Shown here one piece after another: positions 1 to 11,570 of a DNA stretch of 64,000 nt; position 1 is the first letter of the stretch, and every line of letters starts with the position of its first letter. Below the pieces are notes generated by a model. That model made no database searches. It was given only the letters and a program-made list of their open reading frames with translations, and had not been told where the DNA came from. Location: NCBI RefSeq assembly GCF_009914755.1, contig NC_060948.1; one strand, written 5' to 3'. The DNA comes from the human T2T-CHM13v2.0 reference genome, Homo sapiens. A program made the position numbers and the translations under genes.

Positions 1-3000
1 GGCCTCAAAGTGCTTCAAATGTCCACTTGCAGATTCTACAAAAAGAGTGTTTCAAAACTGCTCAATCAAAAGAAAGGTTCGACTCTGGGAAATTAATGCA
101 CACATCACAAAGAAGTTTCTCAGCTTCTGTGTAGTTTTCATGTGAAGTTATTTCCTTTTCCACAATAGGCCGCAAAGGGCTCCAAATATCAACTTACAGA
201 TTCTAGGAAAAGAGAGTTTCAAAACTGCTCTACGAAAAGATAGGTTGAACTCTGTGAGATGAATGCACACATCACAAAGAAGTTTCTCAGAATGCATCTG
301 TGTAGTTTTTACGGGATGATATTTCCTTTTCCACCATCTTCCACAAAGGTCTCCAAGTAACCACTTGCAGATTCTACAGAAAGACACTTTAAAAACTGCT
401 CTATCAAAAGATCAGTTCAAGTCTGTGGTTTGAATGCACACATCACAAAGAATTTTCTCAGAATGCTTCTGTGTAGTTTTCATATGAAGATATTTCCTTT
501 TCCACCATAGGCCTCAAAGCACTCCAAATATCCACTTGCAGATTCTACAAAAAGAGATTTTCAAAACTAGTCAATCAAAAGAAAGGTTCAACTCTGTCAG
601 TTGAATGCACATATCACAAACAAGTTTCTCGGAATGCGTCTGTGTAGTTTTTATGTGAAGATATTTCCTTCTCCACAACAGGCCTCAAAGTGCTCCGAAT
701 ATCCACTTGCAGATTTTACTAAAGAGTGTTTCCAAACTGCTCAATCAAGAGGAAGTTTCAAGTCTGTGAGCTGAACGCACACATCACAAAGTAGTTTCTG
801 AGAATGCTTCTGTGTAGTTTTTATGTGAAGATGTTTCCTTTTCCACCATAGGCTGCAAAGGGCTCCAAATATCCACTTGCAGATTCTACAAAAAGAGAGT
901 TTCAAAAGTGCTCTATCAAAAGATAGGTTCAACTATGTGATATGAATGCACACATCACAAAGTAGTTTCTCAGAATGCTTCTGTGTAGTTTTTATGTAAA
1001 GATATTTCCTTTTCCACCATAGGCCTCAAAGCACTCCAAATATCCACTTGCAGATTCTACAAAAAGAGATTTTCAAAACTATTTAATCAAAAGAAAGGTT
1101 CAAATCTGTCAGTTGAAGGTACATATCACAAACAAGTTTATTGGAATGCTTCTGTGTAGTTTTTATGTGAAGATATTTCCTTTTCCACAACAGGCCTCCA
1201 GGTGCTCCAAATATCCACTTGCAGATTTCACTAAAAGTGTGTTTCCAAGCTGCTCAATCAAGAGGAAGTTTCAAGTCTGTGAGGTGAATGCACACATTAC
1301 AAAGAAGTTACTGAGAATGCTTCTGTGTAGTTTTTATGTGAAGATATTTCCTTTTCCACCGCAGGCCTCAAAGCGCTGCAAATATCCACTTGCAGATTCT
1401 ACAAAAAGAGAGTTTCAAAACTGCTGTATCAAAAGATAGGGTCAACTCTGCGAGTTGAATAAACACATCACAAATAAGTTTCTGGGAACGCTTCTGTATA
1501 GTTTTATGTGAATATATTTCCTTTTCCACCATATGCCTCAAAGCACTCCAAATATCCACTTGCACATTATAGAAACATAGTCTTTCAAAACTTGTCAATC
1601 AAAGAAAGGTTCAACTCCGTGAGATGAGTGCACACATCACAGAGAAGTTTCTCGGAATGTTTCTGTGTAGTTTTTATGTGAAGATATTGCCTTTTCCACA
1701 ATAGGCCTCAAAGCGTTCCAAATATCCAATTGCAGATTCCACAAAAAAAGTTTTTTAAAACTGCTCAATCAAATGATAGATTAAACTCTGTGAGATTAGT
1801 GCACACATGTCAAAAAAGTTTCTCAGAATGCTTCTGTGTACTTTTTAGGGGAAGATATTTCCTTTTCCACCATCGGCCACAAAGGACTCCAAATAACCAC
1901 ATGCAGATTCTAGTAACACAGAGTTTCAAAACTGCTCTATCAAAAGATAAGTTCAACTCTGAGAGTTTAGTGCAACCATCGTGAAGAAGTTTCTCAGAAT
2001 GCTTCTGAGTAGTGTTTATGTGAAGATATTTCCTTTTCCACCATAGGCCTGAAAGCCCTCCAAATATCCACTTGCAGATCCTACAAAAAGAAAGTTTCGA
2101 AATGCTCTCTCAAACGATAGTTTCGACTCTGTGGTATGAATACACACATCACAAAGAAGTTTCTCAGAATGCTTCTGTGTAGTTTTTAAATGAAGATATT
2201 TCTTTTTCCACCATAGGCCTCAAAGCACTCCAAATATGCACTTCCAGATTCTACAAAAAGAGTGTTTCAGAACTGCTCAATCAAAAGGAAGGTTCCAGTC
2301 TGAGACAAATACACACATCAAAAGGTAGTTTCTCAGAATGCTTCTGTGTAGTTTTTATGTGAAGATATTTTCCTTTCCACCATAGGCCACAAATGGCTCT
2401 AAATACCCACTTACATTTTCCACAAAAAGAGAGTTTCAAAACTGCTCTACCAAAGGTAAGTTTAACGCTGTGAGTTAAGAACATCACAAAGAAGTTTCTC
2501 AGAATGCTTCTGTGTAGTTCTTACGTAAAGATATTTCCTTTTACACAATAGGCAGAAAAGTGCTCCAAATATCCACTTGAAGATTCTACAAAAACCGTGT
2601 TTCAAAACTGCCGAATCAAAAGAAAGGTTCAACTCTGTGAGATGAATGCACACATAACAAAGGAGTTTCTCAGAATGCTTCTGTGTAGCTTTTATATGAA
2701 GACATTTAGTTTTCCACAACAGGCCTCAAAGCTCTCTCCATATCCACTTGCAGATTCTACCGAAAGAGTGCTTCCAAACTGCTCAATCAAAAGAGACATT
2801 CAAATCTGTGAGGTGAATGCAGACATCGTAAAGAAGTTTCTCAGAATGCTTCTGTGTATTTTTTGTGTGAAGTTATTCGTTTTTGCACCATAGGCCTCCA
2901 AGCGTTCTAAATATCCACTTCTAGATTCTACAAAAAGAGAGTTTCAAAACTACTCAAACAAAAGGTTCAATTCTGTGAGTTGAAAGCAAACATCACAAAG

Positions 3001-3554
3001 AAGTTTCTCAGAATGCGTCTGTGTAGTTTTTATGTGAAGATATTTCCTTTTCACAATAGAATGCAAAGGGCTCCAAATATCCACTTGGAGATTCTACAAA
3101 AAGAGTTTCAAAACCGCTCTGTCAAATGATAGGTTGAACTCCCGGAGGTGAATACACACATCACAAAGAGGTTTCTCAGCATGCTTCTGTGTAGTTTTTA
3201 TGTAAACATATTTCCGTTTCTATCATAGGCCTCAAAGTGCTCCAAATATTCACTTGTACATTCTACCAAACGAGTATTTCAAAACTGCTCAATCAAATGG
3301 AAGGTTCAAAACTGTGACATGAATGCCCACATCACAAAGTAGTTTCTCAGAATGCTTCTGTGTAGTTTTTATGTGAAGATATTTCCTTTTCCACAACAGC
3401 GTGCAAAACGCTTCAAATATGCCCTTAGAGATTCCACAAAAAGAGTGTTTCCAAACTACTCAAATCAAAAAATGATTTCAACTCTGTGAGATGAATGCAC
3501 ACATCACAAACTAGTTTCTCAGAATGTTTCTGCCTGGTTCTCATGCGAAGATAG

Positions 3555-3571
3555 TTCCTTTTTCACCATAG
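3555..3571 (-). promoter_or_regulatory. pJalpha / A-box motif CTATGGTGAAAAAGGAA (recurs every 5,785 bp; related A-box variants end most monomers)
   Basis: The + strand reads ttcctttttcaccatag, the reverse complement of CTATGGTGAAAAAGGAA, which fits the A-type monomer motif CTAYGGTGRAAAAGGAA at the position where B-type monomers carry a CENP-B box. Confidence 0.7.
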
Positions 3572-3681
3572 GCCGCAATGTACTCCAAATATCCACCTGC
3601 AGATTCTACAAAAGTGAGTTTCAAAACTGCTCTATCAAAAGATCAGTTCGTCTCTGTGAGTTGAATGCATACATCAAAAAG

Positions 3682-3687
3682 AAGCTT
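3682..3687. other. HindIII site AAGCTT, one per HOR
   Basis: gaagcttctc at 3681-3690, present in all 11 full copies; I saw no second site. Confidence 0.8.
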
Positions 3688-4884
3688 CTCAAAATGCTTC
3701 TGTGTGGTTTTTCGGTGAAGATAGTTCTTTTTCTACCATAGGTCTCAAACCACTCCAAATATCCACTTGTAGATTCTATAAAAAGGAATGTTCAAAATTG
3801 CTCAATAAAAATAAAGTTTCAACACCGTGAGATGAGTGCACAAATCACAAAGAAGTTTCTCAAAATGCTTCTGGGTAGTTTTTCTGTGAAGATAGTTCCT
3901 TTTCTACCATGGGCCACAAAGGGCTCCAAATACCCACTTGCAGATTCTACAAAAAGAGAGTTTCACAACTGCTCTATCAAACAATATGTTCAACTTTGTG
4001 GGTTGAACACAAATATCACAAGAATTTTCTCCCAATGCTTCTGTGTAGTTTTTATGTGAAGACATTTCTTTTCCCTCCATAGTCCACAAAGTGCTCCAAA
4101 TATCCACTTACATATTCTAGAAAAAGATTGCTTGGAAACTGCACAATGAAAAGAAAGGTTCAAATATATGAGATGAATGCACACATCACAAAGAAGTTTC
4201 TCAGAATCTCTCTGTGTAATTTTTATGTGAAGATATTTCCTTTCCCACCTTAGGTCTTAAAACGCTCCAAATATCCACTTGCAGATACTACAAGAAGATT
4301 GTTTCAAAACTGCACAAAAAAAGAAATGTTCAATTCTGTTTGATGAATGCACACATCACAAAGAAGTTTCTCAGAATGCTTCTCTGTAGTTTTTATGTGA
4401 AGATATTTCCTTTTCCACAATAGGCCTCAAAGGGCTCCAAATATCCACTTCCAGATTCTATGAAAAGAATATTTCCAAACTGCTCAATCATAGGAAATGT
4501 TCAACTCTGTGAGATGAATGCACACATCACAAGAAATTTCTCAGAATCCTTCAGTGTAGGTTTTATGAGAAGATAATTCCTTTTCCACAATAGTTCTCAA
4601 AGCACTCAAAATATCCACTTGCAGATTCTACAAAAGGAGTATTTCAAAACTGCTCAATCAAAAGAAAGGTTCAACTCTGTGAGATGAATGGACACATCAC
4701 AAAGAAGTTTCTCAGAATGCTTCTGTGTAGTATTTTTGTGAAGATATTTCTTTTCCACCATAGACCGCCAGGGGACACAAATATCCACTTTCAGATTCTA
4801 CAACAAGAGAGGTTCAAAACTACTCGATCAAGAGATGGTTTCAACTATGTGAGTTGAATGCACACATCACAAAGAACTATGTCG

Positions 4885-4890
4885 GAATTC
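4885..4890. other. EcoRI site GAATTC, one per HOR
   Basis: gtcggaattc at 4881-4890, present in all 11 full copies; would release a unit-length fragment like the classical Y alphoid EcoRI band. Confidence 0.85.
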
Positions 4891-5785
4891 TTCTGTGTAG
4901 TTTTTATGTGAAGATATTTCCTTTTCCACAATAGACGTCAAAGTGATCCAGATATCCACTTGCAGATTCCACAAAAAGAGTGTTTCAAAAGTGCACAACC
5001 AAAAGAAAGGTTCAACTAGGTGAGATGAATGCACACATCAGAAGGAAGTTTCTCAGAATGCTTCTGCATAGCTTTTAAGGGAAGATACTTCCTTTTCCAA
5101 CATAGGCCTCAAAGCACTCCAAATATCCTCCTGGAGATACCACAAAAAGAGTGTTTGCAAACTGCTCAATCAAAAGAAAGATTTAACTCTGTGAGATGAA
5201 TCCACACATGACAAAGAAGTTTCTCAGAATGCTTCTGTGTAGTTTTTATGTGAAGATATTTCCTTTTCCACAATAAGACCCAAAAGGCTCCAAATATTCA
5301 CTTGCAGATTCTAAAAAAAACAGTGTTTCAAAACTGCTCAATCAAAAGATAGTTCAACTCTGTGAGAAGAATGCTCACATCACTGAGAAGTTTCTCAGAA
5401 TGCTTCTGTGTAGTTTTTATATGAAGATATTTCCTTTCCCACCGTAGGCCACAAAAGGCTTCAAATATCCACTTGCAGATACTATGAAAAGAGAGTTTCA
5501 AAACTGCTCATTCAAAAGATAGGTTCAACTCTGTGGTTTGAATGCACACAGCACAAAGAAGTTTCACAGAATGTGTCTGTGTAGTTTTTATGTGCGGATG
5601 TTTCCTTTTCCACCATATGCCTAAATATTTCCCAATTTCCACTTGCAGATTCCACAAGAAGAGTGTTTCAAAACTGCTGTATCAAATAAAGTTGAACTCT
5701 GTGAGGTGAATGCACACAGCACAAAATGGTTTCTCAGAATGCTTCCTTGTTGTTTTTATATGAAGATGTTTCCTTTTCAACAATA

Positions 5786-8700
5786 GGCCTCAAAGTGCTT
5801 CAAATGTCCACTTGCAGATTCTACAAAAAGAGTGTTTCAAAACTGCTCAATCAAAAGAAAGGTTCGACTCTGGGAAATTAATGCACACATCACAAAGAAG
5901 TTTCTCAGCTTCTGTGTAGTTTTCATGTGAAGTTATTTCCTTTTCCACAATAGGCCGCAAAGGGCTCCAAATATCAACTTACAGATTCTAGGAAAAGAGA
6001 GTTTCAAAACTGCTCTACGAAAAGATAGGTTGAACTCTGTGAGATGAATGCACACATCACAAAGAAGTTTCTCAGAATGCATCTGTGTAGTTTTTACGGG
6101 AAGATATTTCCTTTTCCACCATCTTCCACAAAGGTCTCCAAGTAACCACTTGCAGATTCTACAGAAAGACACTTTAAAAACTGCTCTATCAAAAGATCAG
6201 TTCAAGTCTGTGGTTTGAATGCACACATCACAAAGAATTTTCTCAGAATGCTTCTGTGTAGTTTTCATATGAAGATATTTCCTTTTCCACCATAGGCCTC
6301 AAAGCACTCCAAATATCCACTTGCAGATTCTACAAAAAGAGATTTTCAAAACTAGTCAATCAAAAGAAAGGTTCAACTCTGTCAGTTGAATGCACATATC
6401 ACAAACAAGTTTCTCGGAATGCGTCTGTGTAGTTTTTATGTGAAGATATTTCCTTCTCCACAACAGGCCTCAAAGTGCTCCGAATATCCACTTGCAGATT
6501 TTACTAAAGAGTGTTTCCAAACTGCTCAATCAAGAGGAAGTTTCAAGTCTGTGAGCTGAACGCACACATCACAAAGTAGTTTCTGAGAATGCTTCTGTGT
6601 AGTTTTTATGTGAAGATGTTTCCTTTTCCACCATAGGCTGCAAAGGGCTCCAAATATCCACTTGCAGATTCTACAAAAAGAGAGTTTCAAAAGTGCTCTA
6701 TCAAAAGATAGGTTCAACTATGTGATATGAATGCACACATCACAAAGTAGTTTCTCAGAATGCTTCTGTGTAGTTTTTATGTAAAGATATTTCCTTTTCC
6801 ACCATAGGCCTCAAAGCACTCCAAATATCCACTTGCAGATTCTACAAAAAGAGATTTTCAAAACTATTTAATCAAAAGAAAGGTTCAAATCTGTCAGTTG
6901 AAGGTACATATCACAAACAAGTTTATTGGAATGCTTCTGTGTAGTTTTTATGTGAAGATATTTCCTTTTCCACAACAGGCCTCCAGGTGCTCCAAATATC
7001 CACTTGCAGATTTCACTAAAAGTGTGTTTCCAAGCTGCTCAATCAAGAGGAAGTTTCAAGTCTGTGAGGTGAATGCACACATTACAAAGAAGTTACTGAG
7101 AATGCTTCTGTGTAGTTTTTATGTGAAGATATTTCCTTTTCCACCGCAGGCCTCAAAGCGCTGCAAATATCCACTTGCAGATTCTACAAAAAGAGAGTTT
7201 CAAAACTGCTGTATCAAAAGATAGGGTCAACTCTGCGAGTTGAATAAACACATCACAAATAAGTTTCTGGGAACGCTTCTGTATAGTTTTATGTGAATAT
7301 ATTTCCTTTTCCACCATATGCCTCAAAGCACTCCAAATATCCACTTGCACATTATAGAAACATAGTCTTTCAAAACTTGTCAATCAAAGAAAGGTTCAAC
7401 TCCGTGAGATGAGTGCACACATCACAGAGAAGTTTCTCGGAATGTTTCTGTGTAGTTTTTATGTGAAGATATTGCCTTTTCCACAATAGGCCTCAAAGCG
7501 TTCCAAATATCCAATTGCAGATTCCACAAAAAAAGTTTTTTAAAACTGCTCAATCAAATGATAGATTAAACTCTGTGAGATTAGTGCACACATGTCAAAA
7601 AAGTTTCTCAGAATGCTTCTGTGTACTTTTTAGGGGAAGATATTTCCTTTTCCACCATCGGCCACAAAGGACTCCAAATAACCACATGCAGATTCTAGTA
7701 ACACAGAGTTTCAAAACTGCTCTATCAAAAGATAAGTTCAACTCTGAGAGTTTAGTGCAACCATCGTGAAGAAGTTTCTCAGAATGCTTCTGAGTAGTGT
7801 TTATGTGAAGATATTTCCTTTTCCACCATAGGCCTGAAAGCCCTCCAAATATCCACTTGCAGATCCTACAAAAAGAAAGTTTCGAAATGCTCTCTCAAAC
7901 GATAGTTTCGACTCTGTGGTATGAATACACACATCACAAAGAAGTTTCTCAGAATGCTTCTGTGTAGTTTTTAAATGAAGATATTTCTTTTTCCACCATA
8001 GGCCTCAAAGCACTCCAAATATGCACTTCCAGATTCTACAAAAAGAGTGTTTCAGAACTGCTCAATCAAAAGGAAGGTTCCAGTCTGAGACAAATACACA
8101 CATCAAAAGGTAGTTTCTCAGAATGCTTCTGTGTAGTTTTTATGTGAAGATATTTTCCTTTCCACCATAGGCCACAAATGGCTCTAAATACCCACTTACA
8201 TTTTCCACAAAAAGAGAGTTTCAAAACTGCTCTACCAAAGGTAAGTTTAACGCTGTGAGTTAAGAACATCACAAAGAAGTTTCTCAGAATGCTTCTGTGT
8301 AGTTCTTACGTAAAGATATTTCCTTTTACACAATAGGCAGAAAAGTGCTCCAAATATCCACTTGAAGATTCTACAAAAACCGTGTTTCAAAACTGCCGAA
8401 TCAAAAGAAAGGTTCAACTCTGTGAGATGAATGCACACATAACAAAGGAGTTTCTCAGAATGCTTCTGTGTAGCTTTTATATGAAGACATTTAGTTTTCC
8501 ACAACAGGCCTCAAAGCTCTCTCCATATCCACTTGCAGATTCTACCGAAAGAGTGCTTCCAAACTGCTCAATCAAAAGAGACATTCAAATCTGTGAGGTG
8601 AATGCAGACATCGTAAAGAAGTTTCTCAGAATGCTTCTGTGTATTTTTTGTGTGAAGTTATTCGTTTTTGCACCATAGGCCTCCAAGCGTTCTAAATATC

Positions 8701-11570
8701 CACTTCTAGATTCTACAAAAAGAGAGTTTCAAAACTACTCAAACAAAAGGTTCAATTCTGTGAGTTGAAAGCAAACATCACAAAGAAGTTTCTCAGAATG
8801 CGTCTGTGTAGTTTTGATGTGAAGATATTTCCTTTTCACAGTAGAATGCAAAGGGCTCCAAATATCCACTTGGAGATTCTACAAAAAGAGTTTCAAAACC
8901 GCTCTGTCAAATGATAGGTTGAACTCCCGGAGGTGAATACACACATCACAAAGAGGTTTCTCAGCATGCTTCTGTGTAGTTTTTATGTAAACATATTTCC
9001 GTTTCTATCATAGGCCTCAAAGTGCTCCAAATATTCACTTGTACATTCTACCAAACGAGTATTTCAAAACTGCTCAATCAAATGGAAGGTTCAAAACTGT
9101 GACATGAATGCCCACATCACAAAGTAGTTTCTCAGAATGCTTCTGTGTAGTTTTTATGTGAAGATATTTCCTTTTCCACAACAGCGTGCAAAACGCTTCA
9201 AATATGCCCTTAGAGATTCCACAAAAAGAGTGTTTCCAAACTACTCAAATCAAAAAATGATTTCAACTCTGTGAGATGAATGCACACATCACAAACTAGT
9301 TTCTCAGAATGTTTCTGCCTGGTTCTCATGCGAAGATAGTTCCTTTTTCACCATAGGCCGCAATGTACTCCAAATATCCACCTGCAGATTCTACAAAAGT
9401 GAGTTTCAAAACTGCTCTATCAAAAGATCAGTTCGTCTCTGTGAGTTGAATGCATACATCAAAAAGAAGCTTCTCAAAATGCTTCTGTGTGGTTTTTCGG
9501 TGAAGATAGTTCTTTTTCTACCATAGGTCTCAAACCACTCCAAATATCCACTTGTAGATTCTATAAAAAGGAATGTTCAAAATTGCTCAATAAAAATAAA
9601 GTTTCAACACCGTGAGATGAGTGCACAAATCACAAAGAAGTTTCTCAAAATGCTTCTGGGTAGTTTTTCTGTGAAGATAGTTCCTTTTCTACCATGGGCC
9701 ACAAAGGGCTCCAAATACCCACTTGCAGATTCTACAAAAAGAGAGTTTCACAACTGCTCTATCAAACAATATGTTCAACTTTGTGGGTTGAACACAAATA
9801 TCACAAGAATTTTCTCCCAATGCTTCTGTGTAGTTTTTATGTGAAGACATTTCTTTTCCCTCCATAGTCCACAAAGTGCTCCAAATATCCACTTACATAT
9901 TCTAGAAAAAGATTGCTTGGAAACTGCACAATGAAAAGAAAGGTTCAAATATATGAGATGAATGCACACATCACAAAGAAGTTTCTCAGAATCTCTCTGT
10001 GTAATTTTTATGTGAAGATATTTCCTTTCCCACCTTAGGTCTTAAAACGCTCCAAATATCCACTTGCAGATACTACAAGAAGATTGTTTCAAAACTGCAC
10101 AAAAAAAGAAATGTTCAATTCTGTTTGATGAATGCACACATCACAAAGAAGTTTCTCAGAATGCTTCTCTGTAGTTTTTATGTGAAGATATTTCCTTTTC
10201 CACAATAGGCCTCAAAGGGCTCCAAATATCCACTTCCAGATTCTATGAAAAGAATATTTCCAAACTGCTCAATCATAGGAAATGTTCAACTCTGTGAGAT
10301 GAATGCACACATCACAAGAAATTTCTCAGAATCCTTCAGTGTAGGTTTTATGAGAAGATAATTCCTTTTCCACAATAGTTCTCAAAGCACTCAAAATATC
10401 CACTTGCAGATTCTACAAAAGGAGTATTTCAAAACTGCTCAATCAAAAGAAAGGTTCAACTCTGTGAGATGAATGGACACATCACAAAGAAGTTTCTCAG
10501 AATGCTTCTGTGTAGTATTTTTGTGAAGATATTTCTTTTCCACCATAGACCGCCAGGGGACACAAATATCCACTTTCAGATTCTACAACAAGAGAGGTTC
10601 AAAACTACTCGATCAAGAGATGGTTTCAACTATGTGAGTTGAATGCACACATCACAAAGAACTATGTCGGAATTCTTCTGTGTAGTTTTTATGTGAAGAT
10701 ATTTCCTTTTCCACAATAGACGTCAAAGTGATCCAGATATCCACTTGCAGATTCCACAAAAAGAGTGTTTCAAAAGTGCACAACCAAAAGAAAGGTTCAA
10801 CTAGGTGAGATGAATGCACACATCAGAAGGAAGTTTCTCAGAATGCTTCTGCATAGCTTTTAAGGGAAGATACTTCCTTTTCCAACATAGGCCTCAAAGC
10901 ACTCCAAATATCCTCCTGGAGATACCACAAAAAGAGTGTTTGCAAACTGCTCAATCAAAAGAAAGATTTAACTCTGTGAGATGAATCCACACATGACAAA
11001 GAAGTTTCTCAGAATGCTTCTGTGTAGTTTTTATGTGAAGATATTTCCTTTTCCACAATAAGACCCAAAAGGCTCCAAATATTCACTTGCAGATTCTAAA
11101 AAAAACAGTGTTTCAAAACTGCTCAATCAAAAGATAGTTCAACTCTGTGAGAAGAATGCTCACATCACTGAGAAGTTTCTCAGAATGCTTCTGTGTAGTT
11201 TTTATATGAAGATATTTCCTTTCCCACCGTAGGCCACAAAAGGCTTCAAATATCCACTTGCAGATACTATGAAAAGAGAGTTTCAAAACTGCTCATTCAA
11301 AAGATAGGTTCAACTCTGTGGTTTGAATGCACACAGCACAAAGAAGTTTCACAGAATGTGTCTGTGTAGTTTTTATGTGCGGATGTTTCCTTTTCCACCA
11401 TATGCCTAAATATTTCCCAATTTCCACTTGCAGATTCCACAAGAAGAGTGTTTCAAAACTGCTGTATCAAATAAAGTTGAACTCTGTGAGGTGAATGCAC
11501 ACAGCACAAAATGGTTTCTCAGAATGCTTCCTTGTTGTTTTTATATGAAGATGTTTCCTTTTCAACAATA
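5786..11570 (-). repeat. HOR copy 2
   Basis: ggcctcaaagtgcttcaaatgtcc recurs at 5786; carries G at 8816, G at 8841, T at 11246. Confidence 0.95.

Larger units (their letters stand above)
1..5785 (-). repeat. HOR copy 1 (34 monomers; phase set by the window start)
   Basis: Monomer starts in the ggcctcaaag phase: 1,168,339,510,681,851,1022,1193,1364,1534,1704,1875,2046,2216,2385,2551,2722,2893,3059,3228,3399,3571,3741,3912,4082,4253,4423,4593,4763,4934,5105,5276,5447,5618; the next unit starts at 5786. Monomer lengths are 166-172 bp. Confidence 0.95.

Noticed and set aside
284-292. TTCTCAGAA resembling STAT/GAS or heat-shock elements in most monomers
   Set aside because: It is part of the universal alphoid consensus, and the sequence gives no evidence of binding.
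3141-3155. cccggagg (and acggg at 311, tccgtttc at 3213) as possible CENP-B boxes
   Set aside because: None has the required CCCG-nn-T-nnnn-CGAA arrangement.
3804-3815. Tandem AATAAA (aataaaaataaa) as polyadenylation signals
   Set aside because: Explained by point changes of aatcaaaagaaa in an A-rich monomer; there is no transcript context.
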